A stretch of DNA of 63,769 bases, counting the filler, from Octopus bimaculoides (Eukaryota): assembly GCF_001194135.2 (NCBI RefSeq). It is 4 parts of 4 records of this genome, joined end to end, with 100 filler letters (N's around TTAATTAATTAA, not from the genome) between each part and the next. Parts side by side here need not be neighbours in the genome. Positions count along the whole stretch, not along the records: positions 51,622 to 62,091 come from NC_068982.1; positions 62,192 to 63,769 come from NW_026427059.1; 2 more parts are not named here. The stretch is one strand, 5' to 3'. Positions 54,172 through 63,769 of the stretch are shown one piece after another. The translations under genes and the position numbers were made by a program. The stretch's first letter is position 1. Every line of letters starts with the position of its first letter. The notes beneath the pieces are model-generated. The model saw only the letters and a program-made list of their open reading frames with translations. It was not told the origin of the DNA and made no database searches.

Positions 54172-54560
54172 TGTTGTTGTTGTTGGCACTCCGTCGCTTA
54201 CGACGTCGAGGGTTCCAGTTGATCCGATCAACGGAACAGCCTGCTTGTGAAATTAACGTGCAACTGGCTGAGCACTTCACAGACACGTGTACTCTTAACG
54301 TAGTTCTCAGGGATATTCAGCGTGACAGTGTGACAAGGCTGACCCTTTGAATTACAGGCACACCAGAAACAGGAAGTAAGAGTGAGAGCAACTTGTGGTG
54401 AAAGAGTACAGCAGGGTTCGCCACCATCTCCTGCCGGAGCCTCGTGGAGCTGTAGGTGTTTTCGCTCAATAAACAATCACAACGCCCGGTCTGGGAATCG
54501 AAACTGCGATCCTATGATCGCGCGTCCGCTGCCCTAACCACTGGGCCATTGCGCCTCCAC
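54172..54560 (-). mobile_element. tRNA-derived SINE, family C, near intact, with (CAA)n tail
   Basis: The minus strand starts GTGGAGGCGCAATGGCCCAGTGGTTAGGGC (A-box) …GTTTCGATTCCCAG (B-box) and ends …GACGGAGTGCCAACAACAACA. Confidence 0.85.
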
Positions 54561-54647
54561 GATTAACGAATAAACGCAACATAAAATGAATAAAGATGCA
54601 ATGAAATATATTCATAATCTGTAGGAGAAAATACGTTTTATAATATA

Positions 54648-55430
54648 CTAGCGAGACCCCTGAATATTTGACGGAATTGATAGCAAACTTACTAGGTTAT
54701 TCCTGAAAACTTTATCGAAAATACTTGAAATCGTAGCCTGTGTTGTCTATATCAAAAGATAGTTGCTCATCTACTATTCATTGAAAATGAAGGATATTGG
54801 AATACAATGATTACTTAATGCACTTTATATGTTTACTTTATATACGTTTATGTACAATTTTATACACAGCACTCATAAAATAAATATTCACTCTTATTTT
54901 TCCATTTTTCCCATAAAGAGAAAAAAATTACGTTTTAAAATTTACATGCCCACAATTTCATATCTAGAACACAAAAGTTTTATAGTAAAAAAAAAATCAT
55001 TTTATATGTAAAATATAGGGGTCACAGTTTCACGGGGGTAAAAAATTTTATGCAACATAGCTTACTCTGAAAACCATGTCATAGGTAACTTACATGCCAA
55101 GGCAATGGGTCAGAGCCAATACATATTTCAATTTGCGTACATCTTTCAATCCAAAACTTCTTTGCAGACTATGTTATTCGTGTAAGTTCCTCCTCTTATT
55201 TCCCTTGTTTGTCAGCGTTGATAACTTTAACTCTCACATCAGATAATTTGCGAACCTTTGAGAATGCAACATATAGCTGATCATGGTCGAATTCAGGTTC
55301 AAGCAAGAACAGCTCCACTTTATCAAATATCTGTTCTTGTGATTTATTGATAGTCATTGCATATGACAGGCGAACGGGAAACTGGTTTCTTTCTGAAGTG
55401 AATGGCAAGTTTGGGATGCACATGCGTTAA
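54648..55430 (-). mobile_element. Helitron 3' portion: PIF1-like helicase C-terminus and CTAG end
   Basis: RNQFPVRLSYAMTINKSQEQIFDKV…FDHDQLYVAFSKV (55196-55423) matches Helitron helicase motifs V-VI (QFP…AMTINKSQG…HGQLYVA). It continues as TNNIVCKEVLD*. The minus strand terminates …GGGTCTCGCTAG|T at 54648. Confidence 0.85.
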
Positions 55431-55529
55431 ATGATAGGTGATATAAAAAAATCTTAGTTCAATTAAAAAAAGATTACTTTTCCCGATGCACTCACCATCG
55501 CCACCACCACATCCTCTCTCTCTTCTTGG

Positions 55530-55702
55530 GAGGGGGAAGTCGATTAGATTGACCAGTATGCAACTGGTACTTAATTTATCGACTCCGAAAGGTTGAAAGG
55601 CAGAGTCGACCTCGGCGGAATTTGAACTCAGAGCATAAAGACAGACGAAATACCGCTAAGCATTTCGCCCGGCATGCTAACGTTTCTGCCAGTTCGCCGC
55701 CA
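55530..55702 (-). mobile_element. SINE family A, well preserved
   Basis: Reverse complement reads GGCGGCGAACTGGCAGAAACGTTAGCATGCCGGGCGAAATGCTTAGCGGTATTTCGTCTGTC…CTGAGTTCAAATTCCGCCGAGGTCGAC…. Confidence 0.9.
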
Positions 55703-56428
55703 ACCACGTAATAAATATTATGTTCTCCCTACCACATGTCATAAACACTTCTTTCTCCGTTTTTTCTCTCTACCTCTTTTTCTTTCTTTCTCCGCCTCAA
55801 TCTTCGCCTTATCCTCTTTTCCCTCTCCTTTTTGTTCTCTCTTTCTCTTCAACTAATCACGTGAATTTGTTACAATTACGTTCCCTCTACCTCACATCAT
55901 GAACGCTTCTCTCACCCTCTTTTCTCTCTCCCTCCTTTTTCTCTTTCTCTCTCTTTTTCTCTAACTATGTGAAAGTGTTACGGACGGGCTAAATAACGTC
56001 ATGACAATCAGAATTATTATAAGATTTAGATATTAGCATAACAGCATATGTGTTAGTGTGAGTAAGTGTACTACGACAGCTGATAATCTCTTATAAAGGC
56101 TTGGAAATTACCACTTTTCATATAGAAATAACTAGGGTAGAAAAAAAAGGTAACTTTTAAGCGACAGCGATGTTTCATTTTATCCATACCTCCTATTTCA
56201 TCTAAACACAATATTTCTCTTTTTTCTCTAAATACAATTAAATGAAAGATTGTATGAAAGCAATGCGTAAGTTAATAATTTATCTAACTGATGCTTCTGT
56301 TTATTAGCTGTTATGCGAAAATAAGCGAAGTATTTAAGTATCTAAGTATCGGTCCCAGCTGTACATAAATGACGAGGTATAAAATTCCCGACATAGGATC
56401 TTAGTCTGAGATAAATTATTCTACTTGA

Positions 56429-56502
<74 letters not shown>

Positions 56503-56744
56503 GAGTGTGTGTGTGTGTAAGTATTTTAGTACTTTACTGCTTTCTGTTCCAACATTTTCTCTTCCTGATTGATTTGTAATTACCAACATCTCATTTGTTG
56601 TTGTTCTTGTTTTATATTGGATTCGATGGCATTGACTAGTTCCCTTTCATACGAAACTAACGGCCTACTGCCTAAATTAGAAACCATGCCTAACATTAGC
56701 TGGCCAACTGCCTAAGCTAGAAACAATTATTTTGACATCAGTAA

Positions 56745-56935
56745 ACGTGGTGGAATTTATAACGCGTTGGACAAGATGCCTTCAGGTATCCTTATTCTAA
56801 TCCGAGTTGAAATACTGCCGGAATCTTCTTCGCGTTTAATCTTCCTAGGGTCGATAAAATAAAGTCCCAGTCAAGTATCAGTGGCAATTTTATAGATTAA
56901 CACCTTTCTCTGAAAACTGTTGAATTTGTGGCTAA
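56745..56935 (+). mobile_element. SINE family A, highly degenerate
   Basis: …CCGAGTTGAAATACTGCCG…AGGGTCGATAAAATAAAGTCCCAG…. Confidence 0.5.
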
Positions 56936-57399
56936 ATTATAAATTTACCTTTTCGATACCATTTCAGCTCTAATTCTGTAGACTCTTCATCAAAGACATC
57001 TCAGTAGCTGCTTAATTTAAAACGTCGCATCGAAAACATCTGGTTTCAGTTACAAGCCTTCAGCACGGTACATTAAACAGGCGTCTCCTACAATATTTTC
57101 GAGTTGACTAAAACCTCGTTAATGAAATTTGGCTGACAGATATTTTGTGGAGGTCCGTCGATAAGACCAGTTCTATTTCTGTGAGCTAGACAAAATTCAA
57201 TAACTGATAACTTTCTTCAATCGGTCAGGTCTTGGAGACCCGCCACCTGCCCCAAATTGCTGAAATGGAGAAGCTGCTATACCTTCTCTTTGTAAGTGAT
57301 AAATCTGTCGAAATATACCTTCTTTATCTTTTAGACATAGAGCATTCTACAGGTTCGTGGAGATGGATTCGGATGTTCAAGGAGTTTTAAGTAGAAAAA

Positions 57400-57560
57400 A
57401 ACAATACGTCTCCTGAACAAGTGCAGCTGATATTCGTTTTCATCTGAGCATGCTGGAGTAACTTGAAATGAAATATCTTGTTTCAAGGACACATACACAC
57501 CACTCGATCCCTGAATCGAACCCACGACCAAATGATTTGGGGCTAAAGATTCTAACCATA
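57400..57560 (-). mobile_element. tRNA-derived SINE fragment (same family as 8563-8700)
   Basis: …GAAATGAAATATCTTGTTTCAAGGACAC…CCCTGAATCGAACCCACGACC…CTAACCA; a B-box (GGTTCGATTC) reads on the minus strand. Confidence 0.6.
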
Positions 57561-58470
57561 GGATTGCAAACTTGAAATATTGTATCTAGAATTACATTAT
57601 GAGTCCTTCGCTTAAAAGAGACAGGATGTTATTTTGGGAAGATTCGTTTGCCCTTTCTAGCAAGTCGGGTAACTGCATATGTGAATCTTTGACATGCGAA
57701 GTGTTGCTAGTGTCATCAGGGTTCTTTCGTTGCATTACTCTTGGTCAACATTAATACAAAGCTAAGTTTAATGACTCTTCATCCATGATTATCTAATCTT
57801 TTAACCTATCTGGGACTACAATATTCTATGTATTTTTGTTTTCTACTAATGTCAGGTCAAACACCTACATACATACCGGCGTCCACATGTTTTATAAGGG
57901 AAGTAAAATTTCATGAACCTGATTCAATGCAACGAAGTGTCTTCGTTTTTAGGTTGCGATACAACATTTGTGGTAGACTCCTTTGGATAAATATCTAGCA
58001 TTGATAAGTCACAAATATTATTTAATAAATTTGCAGAGACACAGAGGTAGAACAAGTCGCAATATGTAAGAAATTGATTTTAATAGACTATAGAAATAAC
58101 CAAATTTAAAATCAATAGTAGACACCCACATTATTCAATAAACCCAGACATATTTGCGCATGGCCCAAAAATAAAACTCCCAATTAGTAAGAAATTAATT
58201 TTAACAACCTACAGAAATAACCAAATTTGCAAGCAAAATAGACTGAAATTTATGACACTTTTCTATAGCTCTCATTGCTTTTAGCATAAATGCACATAAC
58301 ATTAAAACAACAGCCAGTAACAGCGCTTCTGGAAAGTAATTGCCGACACGACCAGATCAATAGGTCAATTTGCATATGTCCCACTGGCATACTAAGACGC
58401 TAACACTTACATTATTTTAACATTTCTCTTTCTCTTCTCTCGCTCTCACTCTCTTTCTCCCCCACACTCA

Positions 58471-58517
<47 letters not shown>

Positions 58518-58831
58518 CCATCTCTCTCTCTTTCTCTCTCACTTTCTCGCATGAAGAGTGTCACACGTGTAGCCGAAAACTCAATTAACCTTTCTTTTCT
58601 GCCATCACTATAGGAAATTAATTAGACCTACTTCACGCCCTATTATATTAAACAAACAGATACAGACACAGAATCCGAACAGTTCATTATGATGCTAAGA
58701 GATAGTCAGCAATTTATTTAACCAAACGAACATAGATACACACATGCATTACTACATGTATACACGCATACAANNNNNNNNNNNNNNNNNNNNNNNNNNN
58801 NNNNNNNNNATATATATATATATATATATAC

Positions 58832-58863
<32 letters not shown>

Positions 58864-59609
58864 ATATCATATGTAAGTGTGTATTTAGATAGATAAATAG
58901 ATGAAACACACATACACATACACATACAGTAGTATTTTACATGATGTCACACGCCAGTGAGATAGGTTAATTTACTGACCTTTCACGGACACGGTTGTCC
59001 ACGAGCGAGCGATCACTCCTCCTGAAAAGATGCAAGCACGGCATTGTGATGTTGTTACATTTTCTAATGAAATAGTTATAATGAAGCATCACGTACTGGT
59101 TGCTCAAAACGCACGCTTACAGTTTAAGTAACAGCAACACCAGTCTTCATTAGTTTCACATCTCGGACGGTGCTGCTCCTACACTCATATACACGCCTCG
59201 TTACATACAGAAGAAGAATAAAACACAATACGACACGCAAAACATCAACACACAGACGTCACTCGCCTGCACAAACGTTGTCTCATCACCCTGCCTATTA
59301 TACAAGTATTACAATGGAAAATTAATACTTCAAATTAGCTAGTTTCAAAGCAAATCTTCTACGACCTGTCCACCACGACCATCACTGCTACTCTTGTACT
59401 TTTACATTGTGTCACTTCCAGGATCCGTACTAATTTCTTTCTAACCTAAAACTTATATTCTGAAAGTCGAAAGTTCAAACACTAGAATTCGTTCCCAACA
59501 GACGCTATACACATACACAAACGCACACACACCTACACAACCCACGCACTCGCATACGCATACACACACACACTACAAACACATATATATGCATATATGT
59601 TTGTATGCA

Positions 59610-59653
<44 letters not shown>

Positions 59654-60089
59654 NNNNNNNNNNNNNNNNNNNNNNNNNNNNNNNNNNNNNNNNNNNNNNN
59701 NNNNNNNNNNNNNNNNNNNNNNNNNNNNNNNNNNNNNNNNNNNNNNNNNNNNNNNNNNNNNNNNNNNNNNNNNNNNNNNNNNNNNNNNNNNNNNNNNNNN
59801 NNNNNNNNNNNNNNNNNNNNNNNNNNNNNNNNNNNNNNNNNNNNNNNNNNNNNNNNNNNNNNNNNNNNNNNNNNNNNNNNNNNNNNNNNNNNNNNNNNNN
59901 NNNNNNNNNNNNNNNNNNNNNNNNNNNNNNNNNNNNNNNNNNNNNNNNNNNNNNNNNNNNNNNNNNNNNNNNNNNNNNNNNNNNNNNNNNNNNNNNNNNN
60001 NNNNNNNNNNNNNNNNNNNNNNNNNNNNNNNNNNNNNNNNNNNNNNNNNNNNNNNNNNNNNNNNNNNNNNNNNNNNNNNNNNNNNNNNC

Positions 60090-60468
60090 TTCCAAGGAAT
60101 CTAATGCTCTTAGCTTAATTTTCCTTGCGGCTGGCCAGATTGGTGCAATCTCGAGAATAACCAGTCGAAATTGCAAAGATAATCTGGAACTCGACTAAGA
60201 AAAGAAAACTCCAAATGATCTGCCCTTGTTTTCTTTGTATCGTTTGTCTGGACGTTTTGTTGTCCCTTTTTTGTATCACCTGACTGTCCGGATGTTTTGC
60301 GTTCTTGTCCCATGTTTGTATTATGCAACTATGTATACATGTAGATGTTGGTATGTACATGTATGTATGTATATATGCATATGCTCACATATCATTTGTA
60401 TTATTATTTTATCGAACGCCACACGTCCATTTGCAAGTAAGTTTTAACTTCATATTTCTGACGCGCAC

Positions 60469-60552
<84 letters not shown>

Positions 60553-61161
60553 CTTACCTATCTCCCTCTCTCGTTCTTCCTTCTGTTGTCCTTGCTTCTC
60601 CTCTTCACTGCTATATCTCTGTCTCTCCCTGCCTCTCGTCGCTCACATGTGTTCAACTTCCTCCCTTTCCCTCTCTCTACCACTCCTCGTTGATCACACG
60701 TGACCTGTGTTCACCTCTTCCTTTCTCCATTCGGCCAGTATAAAGGCAACACGAACTGCTATCTCTCTCTGCTCAAGTTCGTCACATCACAGAGTTCAGT
60801 ATCTCATTTCATTCGGCTTAACGGCCCTCAACGTTGTTTTCACTGTTTAGTTTTCCCTGTCTTTGCTTTTGTTTGCCACTTTGGAATCCTCCGCATAGCA
60901 GGTTTTACTTAATTTGCTTTGTGGGAAGAGCTATTCTAAGAGCGCATTCTGCCTCATCTTCGAAACGCCTAGTTTAGAATAGAGGCAGCTAATGAAGGAA
61001 AAGTTCCATACGTGGCTTGTCTGTTTTCCTATGTGTTCATTCTGTTGTCCGTAAAAAAAGTTCGTGTACCCGGATATGCATCTATATGTACATGTAGATG
61101 TTGGTATGTACATATATGTATGTATATATGCATATGCTCACATATCCTTTGTATTATTATT
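60090..61161 (+). mobile_element. Probable tandem Penelope-like terminal repeats
   Basis: A 73-bp direct repeat (60336-60408 versus 61089-61161, 71/73 identical) ends two units 753 bp apart. The second unit carries TGTGGGAAGAGC…CGAAACG, similar to the 44283 motif. Confidence 0.45.
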
Positions 61162-61325
61162 ATATATATATATATCCGTATATCCATATATCCTTCTGCA
61201 CCTCTCTGTGTAAGTATAATGAGACGTATATATACACACGTACACACATTTACTAATATAAGAACATGACTGCAGTATTTCTCTGACTCTCTACATGTGT
61301 TAGTGAGTGAGTGTGTGTGTACGTC

Positions 61326-61367
<42 letters not shown>

Positions 61368-61692
61368 TGTGTGTATGTGTGTGTGTGCGTGCGCATGTAT
61401 ATTTAAAAAACACATTTCTCAACAGGATAGTTAGAAACATTCAGTTAACTCATTAAGATGCAATTACTGAAAATATGAAATTTCTTATTTTCAAAACTGT
61501 TAGCTTTATAATTTATCAAAAATATTTTTAGCAACCATGTTGAGAAATGTAAGGTTATTAGTGTACATGTATACATACATACTGAGACACAAACAGATAA
61601 GATTGTGGTCATATTCGTCAGAATATATCTTTGTCTTAGTGTATATGAGCGTATCATTATATTTAGTAAGACAAGAACGGAGAGATAAAAAG

Positions 61693-61753
<61 letters not shown>

Positions 61754-62091
61754 GTGTGTGTGTGTGTCTGTCTGTCTGTTTGTCTGTCTATCTACCTAGC
61801 TACTGATCTAACTATCACTGTTTTTACATCGAAATCTTATCTAATACACTAGTAACCTTGACAACTCACAGATATTATCCTCCTCAGTCTCTTCCATTCA
61901 GTCAGTTCAGAGAAATAGTTGAATGATTATTTTTATACAGTCATTTTCGTATTCTTCATATTCTTCGCGAAATAATTCACTCTTTAGAGACAATACATCA
62001 GATGACAATGTAGTGTGTGGAAGCAGATAGTGTTAAAAACTAAAATATTTCCCTTATTTCAATATTGTTTTAACTTTTTTTTCTTAATTCT

Positions 62092-62191
62092 NNNNNNNNN
62101 NNNNNNNNNNNNNNNNNNNNNNNNNNNNNNNNNNNTTAATTAATTAANNNNNNNNNNNNNNNNNNNNNNNNNNNNNNNNNNNNNNNNNNNN
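62092..62191. other. Assembly spacer 44N-TTAATTAATTAA-44N
   Basis: Linker at 62136-62147 with 44 N on each side. Confidence 0.95.
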
Positions 62192-62920
62192 GATGGTAAG
62201 ATGGCAATGAAGGAATGATAATGTTTTATCAAGGTACGGAGCGTGATTTTAGTCGAGCAGTTACGGGCAGAGATGACAGGGAACCGGAATTGTCTGGTTT
62301 GTGAATTTGGGTATGAAGTAGATGGTGGAGGTCCAGGATATAGTTACAGTGACGCTGGTGGCATAGGACGGAAACGGGATGGAAAGATAAGTCCATGCAC
62401 AGTGGCGGACACGTGTTTCTNNNNNNNNNNNNNNNNNNNNNNNNNNNNNNNNNNNNNNNNNNNNNNNNNNNNNNNNNNNNNNNNNNNNNNNTACGATGGA
62501 GCAGCCCTTTGCAGAGTTTCCGCAATTGAGAAGGTTTGATCTTTTTAGTCGCCTGCTGAAGTTGAAGACGGCCAAATCGAAACGGTGTTTATTCACAAAT
62601 AAATCGATCGAGTTGTGCAGGTTCAAACTTAGTATCCAGTTGAAGTTGTGCATTTTGAGGTTGGTGAGATCGTTCTTGATCGGAGGGCTAAACTTCTGTT
62701 ATGAAAGAAAGCCTTATGCTGGGGCTGACAGAGGAAACTCTCAATATTGACGCATACGTCGAATTCTCTAAGCATCTCTTGGAGACGCTTAGATAAAATT
62801 TAAGCCCTATTAAGGAGAGCTCGTTCGGTGTCCAAGAGAGATGATTCTTTGAGGACAGTGAAAATCACAGAAGGTGCCGTAAGCACCGTGAAAGAAGTGC
62901 AACGCTGGCAAAAGAAAAAG
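62192..62920 (-). mobile_element. Second Penelope-like element fossil, N-terminal part of RT ORF
   Basis: Minus strand, with frameshifts: LLDTERALLNRGLNF, IDLFVNKHRFDLAVFNFS…SNL…AKGCSIV (ADKG-like), PSYATSVTVTISWTSTIYFIPK/IHKPDNSG/PVISA.NCST/YLDKTL. This matches the PLE signature FYxLPKIHKPxxPGRPIVS…YLD. Confidence 0.8.
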
Positions 62921-63769
62921 CAAATTTTGCAGATGTTGGGGTTGATCAAAAGGTCAAATTCGAAAATATAGTAAATTAGGTTACATGGAAGAGAACAATG
63001 GTGGGTTAGCTCTCATGTCAAGTGGTCACGTTTTGTTTACTGTCGCACTTAAAAGATGGCGATTAAGTCAGAGACTAGTAAGAGACAAATGCAGAGTGAC
63101 TGACAGGATGGCGTGTTTTTTGTCACGCTTGACCAGAGTAGTAAATAGGAAAAGCGTAAAAGAAGTCGCTTGTTGTGATAGTAGTATTTTCATAAATAGA
63201 ACATTCAACAGTAAAGTAATTTATATGATTCAACCAGAATGGTATGAGTTACCTCGTTATTTGATGCCACTTGCTCGTCCAGATATTGAATTTACGCCCA
63301 AACAAAGAAACGACACCACCTAATACTTAATCAACGCTACAACCACAATTAGATTATATATATGTATTACGAAGTTTAAATCTAAATGTTCTTGGTTGTA
63401 GGTTAGGTTCAAGGCTCTTAATTTCCCTTAATTAATTGTCCGACTGAACAGTGGGATACTACATGAAAAAGTTGATAAAGTGTTGCCGCACAGAATAGAA
63501 TCCGAGAATAACATGGACAACTGAATGAGAAGAATTTAACTCTGTTACCGAATAGGACAGGCCCCTGAAGAATGTTGGAGGGTATAACTGCCGAAGGTTG
63601 TGACTATGGAAATTAAGATGTGTCAGAATATATCACAGCATAATAAATGTGTATATAAAACGTTAATTTTTGAATTGGGACGCCAAGTTTTCCAAAAAGA
63701 CTTGTTCAACTAGTAGTGGTGATTTAATTTTCCAAAGATCATTTTAGAGATAGGCCAGTTACTTCAGTA

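Noticed and set aside
54480-54560. tRNA-like sequences with A and B boxes
   Set aside because: They are SINE heads that continue into SINE bodies and have no complete cloverleaf or acceptor stem, so they are not called as tRNA genes.
62985-63323. 112-aa plus-strand ORF
   Set aside because: No recognisable motif. It lies just upstream of the minus-strand PLE fossil and is probably an antisense shadow.

Overview
AT-rich, microsatellite-saturated eukaryotic genomic DNA from a gappy short-read assembly. The SINE families and repeat landscape look like octopus/coleoid cephalopod DNA (recognised from memory, not checked by a search). I find no intact protein-coding gene. The long ORFs in the six-frame track are artefacts of N-gaps and dinucleotide/trinucleotide repeats. 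What is supportable is a field of decayed transposable elements: a head-to-tail train of R4/Dong-clade LINE fragments tied to (AAT)n tracts (9.8-13.1 kb), a mariner transposase fossil (23.3-24.0 kb, minus), two Penelope-like RT fossils (25.1-25.9 and 62.2-62.9 kb, minus) plus probable Penelope termini with hammerhead-like motifs, an RTE LINE fragment, the 3' end of a Helitron with helicase motifs, Tigger-, hAT- and mariner-type MITEs, and about 16 tRNA-derived SINE copies. The most notable structural signals are long inverted repeats, led by a 263-nt foldback with 118-bp arms at 95% identity (41309-41571), and a hammerhead-like fold with a non-canonical core at 44283-44336. Three exact 44N-TTAATTAATTAA-44N spacers are assembly linkers. 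I cannot support a claim of a new protein-coding system. The best leads are RNA-structural.
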